A DNA stretch of 33,970 bases from Nitrospira japonica. GTDB taxonomy: Bacteria; Nitrospirota; Thermodesulfovibrionia; Thermodesulfovibrionales; SM23-35. The stretch spans positions 1 through 33,970 of the forward strand of contig DYFC01000042.1 in assembly GCA_020725385.1 (NCBI GenBank), given 5' to 3'. A model generated the notes under the pieces. The model worked only from the letters and a program-made list of their open reading frames with translations, was not told the origin of the DNA and made no database searches. Below are positions 19,555-29,867 of the stretch, in pieces (the first letter of the stretch is position 1; each line of letters opens with the position of its first letter). A program made the translations under genes and the position numbers.

Positions 19555-20932
19555 CTTTCGTTTCCTCCAGCAAAAACTCAACGTTGCTTATTATTTTACC
19601 ATCATGCAGCCGGGTAGATATAGCATCTGTTTTTTTGACTGACTTAATACTTTTCAATACTTTCCCGTTTAAGGTAGTAATGCTATACCCCCTTTTAAGC
19701 ACATTCAAAGGGTCAAGAAGATTAATTTGTATATGAATATTCTCAACAATTTTATTCTGTATTGAAATAAGATGAGATGTTTTTTCATTTATAGTTTTTA
19801 ATTTTTCCTTTAACGACTGCTTTTCGTCTGAAATGAACTTGATTAACGCTGAATTAATTCTTGCCTCACATGATTTGATATTAAGGGCAGGATTCTGCAA
19901 TGATGAAAATGAAAAAGCCTGAAGGGAAAAAACAATATGCTTTATCGTTGCATGTGAATTTTTGAAAAATTCTTTTATATATTTTGATAAGGATGAAGAA
20001 AGGTGATTTATTTGATTTTCTTCTTTATTGATGACAGATAATGTTCGAAGTACGAGTCTTTCTTTTAGAGTATCTATATTGTCTTCAAATTCCTTAGCTT
20101 TTGAGATCAAAAACTCTGCGACAGCAGTTGGTGTTATAAACCTTATTTTAGCTACTCTGTCTGCAACTGTTTCATCTTTTTCATGGCCTATTCCTGTGAA
20201 TACAGGCAACGGAAATAGTGCTATTTCTTTTGCAAGAGCATAACTATCAAAGCAATGCAGGTCTACCGAAGAACCCCCACCTCTAATAATTACTACAGCA
20301 TCAAAAAGATTTTTTTCTTTTAAGCATAAATTCAAAGCCGAACGTATAGATTCATCGGCTTTTTCACCCTGAACATAAGCCGGAAACAGTTTGTAATAGA
20401 ATCTGTATTTGTAGGGATTATTTGCCAGCCTGCTTGAAAAGTCACCATAACCGGCAGCATCCGAAGAAGAGATGACAGCTATATTCTGTATAACCGGAGG
20501 CAATGGCAATTTTTTATTGAGATCGATTAAACCCTCTTTCGATAGTTGTTCAATTACCTGCTTTCTTTTTAAAGCCATTTCTCCAAGAGTATATCCAGGG
20601 TCTAAGTCCTTTATATTCAATGATAAACCATGAATATCGTGGTAAGTTACTTTGACGAGGATAAGAATTTTCATCCCTGCTTGAAGCTCCTGTCCCGTGA
20701 TTTTTCTAAAGTTATTGACAACAATACGATACGTATTTGACCATATATTTGCTCTCATTTTTGTGATAATAGAATCATCCTGTTTTTCGACAAGGTCGAT
20801 GTAGCAATGGCCTGAATTTGTATGTAGATTTATCTGCGCAATCTCGGCAATCACCCAGTATTCATCCGGAAAATTAATGAAGATTGACGATTTAATTAGA
20901 GAAGATAATTCGCTAAGTTTAATAAAGTTCAT
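19547..20932 (-). CDS. xseA: Exodeoxyribonuclease VII large subunit
   Basis: N-terminal OB fold (SGHCYIDL), IIRGGGS, TGIGHEKD, TPTAVAE, coiled coil, LDPLNVLKRGYS. Confidence 0.95.
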   Translation of the reverse strand: MNFIKLSELSSLIKSSIFINFPDEYWVIAEIAQINLHTNSGHCYIDLVEKQDDSIITKMRANIWSNTYRIVVNNFRKITGQELQAGMKILILVKVTYHDIHGLSLNIKDLDPGYTLGEMALKRKQVIEQLSKEGLIDLNKKLPLPPVIQNIAVISSSDAAGYGDFSSRLANNPYKYRFYYKLFPAYVQGEKADESIRSALNLCLKEKNLFDAVVIIRGGGSSVDLHCFDSYALAKEIALFPLPVFTGIGHEKDETVADRVAKIRFITPTAVAEFLISKAKEFEDNIDTLKERLVLRTLSVINKEENQINHLSSSLSKYIKEFFKNSHATIKHIVFSLQAFSFSSLQNPALNIKSCEARINSALIKFISDEKQSLKEKLKTINEKTSHLISIQNKIVENIHIQINLLDPLNVLKRGYSITTLNGKVLKSIKSVKKTDAISTRLHDGKIISNVEFLLEETKDE

Positions 20933-21393
20933 TTGTGCCTTCTTAACTTAAAGAAATTACTAAGTATTTCACCACATTCTTTTTCGAGAACTCCCGATAC
21001 AATTTCGACCTGATGATTAAGGCGTTTATCATTCAAAAGATGGAAAAGACTATCAACACCCCCGCCTTTTTCATCTTTACAGCCATAAACAAGCCTTTTA
21101 AGACGGCAATTAACCATAGCGCCGGAGCACATAATGCACGGCTCCTTAGTTACATACAGCGTTGCATTTGTAAGCCTCCAGTTACCGGTTATCCTGCAAC
21201 TTTCTCTTATAACTATGATTTCAGCATGTGCTGTTGGGTCAAATGTTGATTCACAGTGATTATAAGCTTTGGAAATAATCTTGTTTTCAATGACCAACAA
21301 AGCCCCAACCGGAACCTCTTCTTCTTTAAATGCCCTGAAAGCCTGTTCCAGAGCAATCTGCATAAATTGTATATCATACATGGAATACTTCAT
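20929..21393 (-). CDS. tadA: tRNA adenosine(34) deaminase
   Basis: EVPVGA, DPTAHAE, WRL, LYVTKEPCIMC, LNHQV, FFKLRR; 4-nt overlap with xseA. Confidence 0.93.
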   Translation of the reverse strand: MKYSMYDIQFMQIALEQAFRAFKEEEVPVGALLVIENKIISKAYNHCESTFDPTAHAEIIVIRESCRITGNWRLTNATLYVTKEPCIMCSGAMVNCRLKRLVYGCKDEKGGGVDSLFHLLNDKRLNHQVEIVSGVLEKECGEILSNFFKLRRHK

Positions 21394-21469
21394 TGTTTTA
21401 TTTTTATATATTCCATATTATATAAGCAACAAGAATGAAGAATTTTTGAGACAAAATCAGGATAAAGTC

Positions 21470-22246
21470 ATGACTAAAAAAGATATAGAGTATTTCAGAA
21501 ATTGGTTTTCGGATTTTTGCAGGTCTTTTTATACCGATAATCAAGAGGATCTGAAAAATATTAGACTAAAGGAAATACATACATTTAAAGTTTGTGAAAA
21601 CATATTAAGGATAGCAAAAAGTCTTAATCTTGAAGAAGAAAAAACTTTGATAGCAGAAACTGTTGCCTTATTTCATGACATAGGCAGATTCCCCCAGTAT
21701 CAGAAATATAAAACTTTCAGGGATAGTGAATCTGTAAATCATGGTATTCTTGGTGCAGAAACACTTAAAAAAACGAAAGTCCTCGATAGATTAAATGAGC
21801 CGGATAAAAGAATAATAGAGAAATCAGTAATGTTTCATAATGCATTTTCTATTCCGAAGCTTGAAGACAGAATAACTTTATTATTCATAAAACTTGTAAG
21901 AGATGCTGATAAACTTGATATATGGCGCGTCTTCCTCGATTATTTCGAATGTCCCGTAGAATCCCGGGCAAATGCAATAACTTTAGGTCTGCCTGATACC
22001 CCTGAATATTCAAAAGAAGTTATTGAACACATATTCAGAAAAGAGACAGCTCCTCATTTAGAAGTGAAAACTGTTAATGATTTCAAGTTACTGCAACTTT
22101 CATGGATCTTTGATCTCAATTTTGCTCCTTCAATAGAAATTATGAAGGAAAGAGACTATGTAAACCGCTTGATCAGCCATTTGCCACAAACAAAAGAAAT
22201 ACAGGAAGTAAAAAATTTTATAGATAAACATATTATAAGATTGTGA
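21470..22246 (+). CDS. HD-domain metal-dependent phosphohydrolase
   Basis: H..HD..D motif (KEIHT, FHDIGRF, NHG, FHN, RDADKLD). Start moved to ATG 21470 (AGGA upstream), which avoids overlap with tadA. Confidence 0.9.
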   Translation: MTKKDIEYFRNWFSDFCRSFYTDNQEDLKNIRLKEIHTFKVCENILRIAKSLNLEEEKTLIAETVALFHDIGRFPQYQKYKTFRDSESVNHGILGAETLKKTKVLDRLNEPDKRIIEKSVMFHNAFSIPKLEDRITLLFIKLVRDADKLDIWRVFLDYFECPVESRANAITLGLPDTPEYSKEVIEHIFRKETAPHLEVKTVNDFKLLQLSWIFDLNFAPSIEIMKERDYVNRLISHLPQTKEIQEVKNFIDKHIIRL

Positions 22247-22303
22247 AGGAAGATTCATAATTATGTAAAAAATCCCATATGCCCGATCTAAAATAGTAAA
22301 TAA

Positions 22304-22316
22304 TATCAATGAGTTA
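22304..22316 (+). promoter_or_regulatory. Putative IHF-binding site
   Basis: TATCAATGAGTTA is a perfect WATCAA-N4-TTR match, with an upstream A-rich tract, 5 nt before the -24 element. Confidence 0.55.
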
Positions 22317-22321
22317 GAATC

Positions 22322-22337
22322 TGGCACAATAAGTGCT
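22322..22337 (+). promoter_or_regulatory. Sigma54 (-24/-12) promoter of the pilus tip operon
   Basis: TGGCAC-AATAA-GTGCT has exact GG-N10-GC spacing and lies about 55 nt upstream of the first gene. Confidence 0.8.
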
Positions 22338-22390
22338 TAAATACTTTACAGTTTATTTTCCTTTTAAAAAAAATAACTTATGAGGTGCAT

Positions 22391-22741
22391 ATGTTGAAAG
22401 TATATAATTTGCATAATCGTAGAAATTTTATCCTGCCTATCTTGTTGATTTTACTAATTATTTTTGTATCCCTTCCTTCCCTCGCAAAAGAAAAAGTACA
22501 TAACCATCAGTTAGAAACAGAATATAAAGCTGTCAAAGGATTTATTGAGGAAATTTATGATAATAAAATAAAAGTTAAAGGACATTTCTATAATATTGAA
22601 AAGGCTGAAATCAAAGAAGTCTCCGGTAATAAAATTAATAAAAATATTCTTCACAAGGGCGCTGAAGTAGAGGTGCACATCAAATTGGAAAACGATGAAG
22701 TAAGCGAGGTAATTTATTATCACAGACATCTACCTCAATAA
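22391..22741 (+). CDS. Small exported beta-barrel protein, possibly PilY2/DUF5666-like
   Basis: ATG 22391 follows GAGGTG; signal peptide ending SLA; beta-rich KGFIEEI..IKVKG..GAEVEV pattern; directly upstream of pilY1. The family call is tentative. Confidence 0.7.
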   Translation: MLKVYNLHNRRNFILPILLILLIIFVSLPSLAKEKVHNHQLETEYKAVKGFIEEIYDNKIKVKGHFYNIEKAEIKEVSGNKINKNILHKGAEVEVHIKLENDEVSEVIYYHRHLPQ

Positions 22742-22756
22742 GGAGGGTTTTAAATA

Positions 22757-25700
22757 ATGCAGGGTTCAGATTATCAAAAAGCAGGATATGTAAAATACAT
22801 TTTTATTGTAAGTATTTTATTGATTATTATGAATAGTAGTTTTAATTACTCCACGAGTTTTGCTGCAATGGAAGATTATTGTGTTGTACCCCCGTATGTT
22901 ATACAGGACGTGCCTCCTGATGTAATGTTATTAGTTGATAATTCCGGAAGTATGTATAATTTTGCCTATACCTGTCCTGAAACAGAAACTTCACAGAATA
23001 GCCCCAGTTCTTCATTTGTTAACCAGCCAGTATATGTTAAAAGTGTGATGGGATTCAATGTTGGTGATGCAATTATGGTATGGGATAATTTACACGGAGC
23101 CGGTTCTGATTACTGGCGCGGTCATCCAAGTAATACACCATTAATAATAAGCGCTATCGATAAATCTACAAATTCTTTTATTGTAGTTGACCAAAATGGT
23201 AATCCCGCATCACTTCATTATAATGCAGACCAACCAGTTGTAAAAGCTTCATGTATTACAACAGCAGGTCTAAATAATGTTTCACATTATGATTCAAGTT
23301 TTAACCCTGATAGAACATATTATGGATATTTTAACTCTTCATGGTATTACACCTATAGTTCAAGTAGGTTTACTCCGAGCAGAAATAAATCCGCGGGAGC
23401 CAAAACCACAAGTGAATGGGATGGCAATTTTCTTAACTGGCTGACAATGAGAAGGGTTGATGTATTAAGAAAGGTTCTTACAGGTGGAAGGGTATCTTCG
23501 AATAGACTTTCACCTGAAAGAGCTGATTCTGATGTAAGGGGCGTTTATAAGATGGTTAATGGAAATACAGAAAATTATGCTCCGAGCACATATTCAGGCA
23601 CACGTTGTTTTAAAGTGCCGAGCGGTTCAGGGAATGCTACTTTTGAAGCTGCAACATCAACGGGTATTTGTCCTCCGTCTTCATCAAATTCATTTACTCT
23701 AAGCATTGTTACAAATGATCCGGTTGAAGGTGTACTTCAGGGTTTAGCAGGCACGCGCGCAAGACTCGGATTGGCTTTTTATAGGCCTAACACGAGCGGC
23801 GGTAATCAAGGTGGTTATATAGCAAGAGATGTACGCGGTAATAACTGTACAGGCCAAAGCAATAGTCTTCCATGCGTTGTAAATGATATTAATAATACAA
23901 GTCCGAATACCAATACACCTCTTGCTGAAGCTTTATGGTCTGTAGCGGGATATTTCGCCCGTGTAGATACTTTATTTAGTGGACCAGGACCGAGATATTC
24001 AAGCGGTGATTATAATATAAATAACAATGACGATCCTTTTAATTTTGGAACAGGGGGGCAGCCAAGGTATCCAAATTGTGCAAAAGCTTTTGTTCTTATT
24101 ATTACAGATGGAGAACCATGTGCGGATGGATATTTGCCCGGAACTTTGCGTGATTATGCTTCTGGAAGATCGAGCTATAATTGTTCCGGGACATCATGCC
24201 CGTCGGTTGGTTCTTTTTCTGCTTCAATCTTTCCTTCATGTTATGGAGAAGGTTCATCATCTTATTGTAATGGCGTAACAAGCGGATGTTATGTAGCAGG
24301 AATAGAAGATGTTGCTTTATGGGCACATACAACAGATTTAAGGTCTTCATCTTTGGGGTATAATAATATTCCCGGAAAACAAAATTTGAATATATATACT
24401 GTTTTTGCATTCGGGAAAGGCTCTACATTGCTAAGATATGCAGCTATAAATGGAGGGTTCGAGGATTTAAACGGTAACAATATGCCTGACCTTCAATCTG
24501 AATGGGATAACAATGGAGATGGAGAGCCGGATAACTTTTACGAAGCCGATGACGGATATGAACTCGAACAGGCAATTAAAAATGCTTTATCGAGTATATT
24601 AAAGAGAGCAGCATCGGGAACAGCTGCTTCGGTTCTTGCATCGGGTGAAGGAAGTGGTGCTAATTTAATCCAGGCTGTTTTTTATCCGCGCCGGAGATTT
24701 GGTAATGCAATAATAAACTGGACAGGTGAAAATGTTAATTACTGGTATTATGTTGACCCTTATTTTACAAATAGCAATATCAGGGAAGATACAGTTCAGG
24801 ATGATATATTGGATCTAAGGGAAGATTACATTATTCAACATTATTTTGACACAAGCGCACAACTTACAAAAGCAAGGAGATATGTTGATAACGATGGAGA
24901 TGGCGATGCTGATTCACAAGTAGAACCGCCAATATTATTTGAAAATGCGAGCACGTTATGGAAAGCTGGACAATTGCTATGGCAAAGAGATATAAACTCT
25001 TCGCCAAGAACAATTTATACAACTCTAAATGGTACATCTTTTCTTTCCGGCAATTTCAGTGTAGCCAATAAAACGGTACTAAGGCCATATCTGGATGTTA
25101 CCAGCGATACCTTAGCAGAAGATATTATAAGGTACTTACATGGCGAAGGTCTGACAACTTTAGATCTGGATAACGATGGCATAATTGATACGGCAGCAGG
25201 TGATATTTTAGGTATTGATAGAGATGGAGATGGTATTGATGATTATCGAACAAGATATGCTACAATTGGAGATGAAACACATGTCTGGAAACTCGGTGAT
25301 GTATTAAATTCTACTCCAAGAATATCTTCATGGATACCTTTAAATAATTATTACGAATTACATAATGATCTTTCCTATAAGAACTATACAAATTCTTCAA
25401 ACTACAAAAATAGAGGGATGGTTTTTGCCGGTGCTAATGATGGAATGTTGCATGCCTTCAAACTCGGAAAACTGGAATTAAAATGGAGCGCTCAGGGAAC
25501 ATATGAAATTGCACGTTTGACAGGTTCGGATCTTGGTAAGGAGGAATGGGCTTTCATTCCAAAAAATGCATTGCCATACCTTAAGTATATACTTAATCCC
25601 GAGTACTGCCATATTTATAGTGTCGATTTAAGTCCATATATTTTCGATGCGAGTATAGGACCTCCCGGTTCAGGGGATATTTCAAATAACAATAAACCCG

Positions 25701-27052
25701 ACGATGGTTCAACATGGAGAACAATACTTGTTGGAGGAATGAGATTTGGTGGAGCCTGCAGAAAAACAGGGTCATCATGCACAGATTGTGTTAAGACTCC
25801 TATATTAGATCCGTCTGATAGTTCAAAAGGCTTGGGCTATTCATCTTATTTTGCTCTTGATGTAACAGATCAAAACAATCCTCAACTACTATGGGAATTT
25901 ACCGATGAAAGTTTAGGTTTTACGACCTCGGGTCCGGCTATTGTAAGAATTGGCGAAAAGACAAAAAATGGCAAATGGTTTGTTGTAATTGGTTCTGGCC
26001 CGACAGGACCGATAGATACGACTTACTGGCAATTCAAAGGAAGTTCGGATCAAAATTTGAAGTTTTTTATACTTGATTTAAAGACAGGTAATTTATTAAG
26101 AACTATAGATACAGGAATTCAGTATGCTTTTTCAAGTTCGATGTTGAATGTAACTATTGATAATGATGTTAATTATACCGATGATGCTATTTATACCGGA
26201 TATGTCAGAAGAACAGGTTCAAGTGGAAGTTATACATGGACAGAAGGCGGTATCGGAAGGATTTTTACCAAGTCTAATTCAAATCCAAACACATGGATAT
26301 GGAGAACATTAAGAGATGGTGTTGGTCCTGTAACATCCTCTATTGGAAAACTTCAGAATAACAAGAAAAATATTCTTTGGTTATATTTTGGAAGCGGTAG
26401 ATATTATTATGAAATTGAGACAAATGTTGATGATCCTGATAGTCAGAGAAGGTTATTTGGAATAAAAGAACCGTGTTTTACTTCTGGAAATGTTTTAGAT
26501 CCGGATCGGACAGGAGATTGTCAGAATATAGCTTCAGGGACAACAGGATTAACAGATATTACTTCAATAAGTTCTGTGCCTACTGAAAATGATGCAAATT
26601 TACCAAGTTTTAAAGGCTGGTTCATTAATCTCGATACATCAGGTAATTATGCATACCCCGAAAATGGGGTTTCTGTAACGAGGGCTTACAGAGCCGAGAG
26701 AGTAATTACGGATCCTATGACAACAACAACAGGACTTGTATTTTTTACAACCTATAAGCCCTATAACGATGAATGCGGACTCGGTGGAAAAAGTTTTATA
26801 TGGGCTCTCAGATACAACACCGGAGGTTCAGCCGGGGCACTTCTTAAAGGTGTTGCTTTGCTTCAGGTTTCCACTGGTAGTGTTGAACAATTAAATTTAG
26901 CAGATGCATTTAAAACAAGTACTTCGAACCCTGATTCGAAAGGAGAAAGGAGATCAGGTGCTCTTGAAGGGGTCCCGCCTACCCAGCAAGGTTTATCTTT
27001 ATTGTCGACCCCGCCACCTGTTAAAAGGATTTTACATATAAAAGAGAGATAG
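22757..27052 (+). CDS. pilY1: Type IV pilus tip adhesin PilY1/PilC (vWA + beta-propeller)
   Basis: Signal peptide; MIDAS LLVDNSGSM, TPLAEAL, IITDG; propeller motifs KLGDVLNSTP, GANDGMLHAF, EEWAFIP, YFALDVTD, LLWEF, YFGSGRY, GWFINL; SD AGGAGG. Confidence 0.93.
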   Translation: MQGSDYQKAGYVKYIFIVSILLIIMNSSFNYSTSFAAMEDYCVVPPYVIQDVPPDVMLLVDNSGSMYNFAYTCPETETSQNSPSSSFVNQPVYVKSVMGFNVGDAIMVWDNLHGAGSDYWRGHPSNTPLIISAIDKSTNSFIVVDQNGNPASLHYNADQPVVKASCITTAGLNNVSHYDSSFNPDRTYYGYFNSSWYYTYSSSRFTPSRNKSAGAKTTSEWDGNFLNWLTMRRVDVLRKVLTGGRVSSNRLSPERADSDVRGVYKMVNGNTENYAPSTYSGTRCFKVPSGSGNATFEAATSTGICPPSSSNSFTLSIVTNDPVEGVLQGLAGTRARLGLAFYRPNTSGGNQGGYIARDVRGNNCTGQSNSLPCVVNDINNTSPNTNTPLAEALWSVAGYFARVDTLFSGPGPRYSSGDYNINNNDDPFNFGTGGQPRYPNCAKAFVLIITDGEPCADGYLPGTLRDYASGRSSYNCSGTSCPSVGSFSASIFPSCYGEGSSSYCNGVTSGCYVAGIEDVALWAHTTDLRSSSLGYNNIPGKQNLNIYTVFAFGKGSTLLRYAAINGGFEDLNGNNMPDLQSEWDNNGDGEPDNFYEADDGYELEQAIKNALSSILKRAASGTAASVLASGEGSGANLIQAVFYPRRRFGNAIINWTGENVNYWYYVDPYFTNSNIREDTVQDDILDLREDYIIQHYFDTSAQLTKARRYVDNDGDGDADSQVEPPILFENASTLWKAGQLLWQRDINSSPRTIYTTLNGTSFLSGNFSVANKTVLRPYLDVTSDTLAEDIIRYLHGEGLTTLDLDNDGIIDTAAGDILGIDRDGDGIDDYRTRYATIGDETHVWKLGDVLNSTPRISSWIPLNNYYELHNDLSYKNYTNSSNYKNRGMVFAGANDGMLHAFKLGKLELKWSAQGTYEIARLTGSDLGKEEWAFIPKNALPYLKYILNPEYCHIYSVDLSPYIFDASIGPPGSGDISNNNKPDDGSTWRTILVGGMRFGGACRKTGSSCTDCVKTPILDPSDSSKGLGYSSYFALDVTDQNNPQLLWEFTDESLGFTTSGPAIVRIGEKTKNGKWFVVIGSGPTGPIDTTYWQFKGSSDQNLKFFILDLKTGNLLRTIDTGIQYAFSSSMLNVTIDNDVNYTDDAIYTGYVRRTGSSGSYTWTEGGIGRIFTKSNSNPNTWIWRTLRDGVGPVTSSIGKLQNNKKNILWLYFGSGRYYYEIETNVDDPDSQRRLFGIKEPCFTSGNVLDPDRTGDCQNIASGTTGLTDITSISSVPTENDANLPSFKGWFINLDTSGNYAYPENGVSVTRAYRAERVITDPMTTTTGLVFFTTYKPYNDECGLGGKSFIWALRYNTGGSAGALLKGVALLQVSTGSVEQLNLADAFKTSTSNPDSKGERRSGALEGVPPTQQGLSLLSTPPPVKRILHIKER

Positions 27053-27061
27053 ATTTTTATA

Positions 27062-27571
27062 ATGAAAGAAAGAGGGATAACATTAATAGAACTAATAGTA
27101 GTAATTTCAATAATTGGAATTCTTGTTGTTGCTCTTGGGTTTAGCTTTCATGGATGGATAGGAAAATACAGAATAGAAAAGCAGATGAGAGAAATGTCCT
27201 CGGATTTTCTAAACTATAAAACAAAAGCTATGCAAAGGAATAGAGCACATTTTATTGTTTTGAATAATAATTCTTATACCATTTATGAAGATACCAACCC
27301 TGTACCGGATGGGAATGATATTCTTGAAACAGGTGCGGACACAAAAGTGCTGTCGAAAAATCTTTTGTATCCAATAAGCGCTACTTTTGATCTTCCAGCA
27401 ACTTTAAGGATTAATCAAAGAGGACTTTTAGGAAAAAATGGTATAGGAGTTGTTGATATAGGTGTATTATATTCAACAGAGTTTCCTGACTCGGATTATG
27501 ATTGTTTAAATCTAAAAGAAACAAGAATAAACACAGGAAAATGGAATGGTACAGTTTGTGAAGAAAAATAA
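27062..27571 (+). CDS. fimU: Minor pilin FimU/FimT (GspH-like)
   Basis: Prepilin site MKERG|ITLIEL with E5, followed by a hydrophobic helix; position in the cluster. Confidence 0.8.
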   Translation: MKERGITLIELIVVISIIGILVVALGFSFHGWIGKYRIEKQMREMSSDFLNYKTKAMQRNRAHFIVLNNNSYTIYEDTNPVPDGNDILETGADTKVLSKNLLYPISATFDLPATLRINQRGLLGKNGIGVVDIGVLYSTEFPDSDYDCLNLKETRINTGKWNGTVCEEK

Positions 27572-27959
27572 TAGTGGTTTCACCCTTATTGAAATTTTAG
27601 TTGCTCTTGTAATTTCATTGCTTGTATTCTTTGCAATGATGCAGGCAGCATTGGTCTCTATTGATTCAAATATCAGGAACTCACTTAGAAATGAAGCTGT
27701 TGAAATAGCAACAATAAAAATTAATGAAGCGCTTAACAAACCTTTTGCAACCCTTACAGCAGGTACTTCAACCGAAACCCTTACTAAGTCTTTTAATAAT
27801 ATACAAAATTTTCAATATACCGTTACACGTACAATCACAGATTTAAGTTCGGATTATAAACAGATAAATATTATGGTTAGGTGGGAATGGAAGGAAAGAA
27901 AAGTATCGAGCGGAAATCCTTATACTTATAGTATGACAACTTTGAGGAAAAGCACATGA
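27546..27959 (+). CDS. pilV: Minor pilin PilV
   Basis: NSG|FTLIEILVAL prepilin motif, small size, position in the cluster. Confidence 0.8.
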   Translation: MVQFVKKNNSGFTLIEILVALVISLLVFFAMMQAALVSIDSNIRNSLRNEAVEIATIKINEALNKPFATLTAGTSTETLTKSFNNIQNFQYTVTRTITDLSSDYKQINIMVRWEWKERKVSSGNPYTYSMTTLRKST

Positions 27960-29203
27960 TTAATCAAAGAGGTTTTGCACTAATAGAACTCTTAATCGCT
28001 GCTTTATTATTTGTTTTTGTTATGGCTGCTGCCTCGAATGTTTTTACAGCGTTGTTAACTCAATTCAAACAGCAAAGCAAAATAGGTGAAACCAATATCG
28101 AAGGCATTATAGGACTCGAGATATTAAGACAGGATCTTATAAATGCAGGATACGGGTTGCCAAGAAATATAATAGGTGTGGATGATTCAGACGGTGACGG
28201 AAATTTCTGGGAACATTTACCGAATTATGATGAAGCAATTTCAAACGGCTCGCCCGACCCTGCAGCTTTCAATGATGCTACAAAAAATCTTGATGGCGAC
28301 ACGAATGCTGGAGAGCAACCAAGAGCATTGGTTAGCGGTGATAATGTAACTTTTAGCGGTCCTAACAATGTGCTGGATGGCTCTGATTACTTAGTCATTA
28401 AATCAATTAATATTGCTGATGATGAAGCTTGTAGAAAGTGGACAACATTAAAAGTTGGCGATGTTAAAAAGACATGGAATCCGGCATTTGAAAATCTTCA
28501 AAACAGTGATAGGGTCATAGTCCTTTCTCCCGGAGGCATAGAAACTAACTTGATGTCCCTTGTTGTAAGTAGTTCCGGAAACTACTATACAACTTATGGC
28601 AGTACTTCTGATTATGCTCCGTTAAGTGATAATGAAGCAAGAACCATTTATGGTATCAGTTCTACTTCAGATCCCAGAATGCCGTTCAATAGAGCAGATT
28701 ATTTTATCCGGAGATTTGATAGTGGCGGAAATAATATCACTCCTCAAAAATGTGCTCCAAATACAGGAGTTCTTTTTAAAGCGGTACTAAATCATTCGGA
28801 TGGAACTTTCCAGAATTTGTTACCGCTTCTTGATTGTGTGGCAGATATGCAGGTAATTTACAGATTTGATATGGATCAAGATGGAGTTATTAAAACAGCT
28901 TCCAACGCTGATGGCAGTATGATTGCCGATATAGATGGGGGAGAAGGTGCAACTGTGGAAACTGTTCAAAATGCTTTAAATAGTGCTGCAGTTATGAAAA
29001 ATGTTTTAAAGGAAATTAGAGTTTATATCCTTGCGCATGAAGGACAGAAAGATTTAAATTTTTCTTATCCATCAAGTACAATTACAGTTGGAGAATATGG
29101 ACTTGGTAGGAATTTTAATCTTTCAAATAACATAGGCGCAGAATATAAATATTATAGGTGGAAAGTTTTTACAATTGTCGTATCTCCATTGAACTTGAGG
29201 TAG
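27956..29203 (+). CDS. pilW: Minor pilin PilW
   Basis: QRG|FALIELLIA, LRQDLINAGYG, large globular domain ending PLNLR; ATGA overlap with pilV. Confidence 0.85.
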   Translation: MINQRGFALIELLIAALLFVFVMAAASNVFTALLTQFKQQSKIGETNIEGIIGLEILRQDLINAGYGLPRNIIGVDDSDGDGNFWEHLPNYDEAISNGSPDPAAFNDATKNLDGDTNAGEQPRALVSGDNVTFSGPNNVLDGSDYLVIKSINIADDEACRKWTTLKVGDVKKTWNPAFENLQNSDRVIVLSPGGIETNLMSLVVSSSGNYYTTYGSTSDYAPLSDNEARTIYGISSTSDPRMPFNRADYFIRRFDSGGNNITPQKCAPNTGVLFKAVLNHSDGTFQNLLPLLDCVADMQVIYRFDMDQDGVIKTASNADGSMIADIDGGEGATVETVQNALNSAAVMKNVLKEIRVYILAHEGQKDLNFSYPSSTITVGEYGLGRNFNLSNNIGAEYKYYRWKVFTIVVSPLNLR

Positions 29204-29209
29204 GCCGGA

Positions 29210-29848
29210 ATGAAAGTAAAGAAAAGATTTAAATATTTAAAAGTACCATTTAAATCCGATAAGGGCATTGCATTGGTAATGATGCTTATACTTTCAGCAA
29301 TGGTTTTAGCATTTATTAGTTTATTAGTGTACATCATTACTTCATCAACACAAATTTCGGGATTGGAAAAGAATTATAAAACTGCGCTTGAAGCCGGAGT
29401 TGGAGGTACCGATATTTCTTTTGGAATTATTGCTGCAAGGTCTGTTGCCGAGATACCAACAGGCATTGGTTTTTATAAGCCTATAACAGATGCTTGTTTA
29501 ACAGCAAAATTAAATACAACGACATCATCGACAAATTGGTCAAGCTGTTCCAACTATGATAAAACAACTTCCTTATCTATTAATCCGAGTGACACAGCTA
29601 CTTATGATTTCAGATTTTCGTTAGGTTCGAGCCCGTTCCCAACATATACTGTTTACTCCAAGATTGTAGATACTGTAGAAGGAAATTCAGGCGCTGATGA
29701 AGGTCTTCTTGGCAAAGGAGTTGTTGCATCAGGTTCAGGAGAAGTAACCGTAGTAAGCAGACCATATTTGTATACTATAGAAATTCAAGCTGAAAATAGT
29801 TCTAATCCATCTGAAAGAGCTAAATTATCAGTTCTATATCAATATTGA
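29210..29848 (+). CDS. pilX: Minor pilin PilX (GspK-like)
   Basis: DKG|IALVMMLIL prepilin site lacking E5, as typical of PilX, plus an ALEAG motif. Confidence 0.82.
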   Translation: MKVKKRFKYLKVPFKSDKGIALVMMLILSAMVLAFISLLVYIITSSTQISGLEKNYKTALEAGVGGTDISFGIIAARSVAEIPTGIGFYKPITDACLTAKLNTTTSSTNWSSCSNYDKTTSLSINPSDTATYDFRFSLGSSPFPTYTVYSKIVDTVEGNSGADEGLLGKGVVASGSGEVTVVSRPYLYTIEIQAENSSNPSERAKLSVLYQY

Positions 29849-29867
29849 TATAGTTGCTCTGTTATTT

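Noticed and set aside
21269-21469. N-terminal extension of the HD protein overlapping tadA
   Set aside because: Antisense shadow of tadA; the domain begins after ATG 21470.
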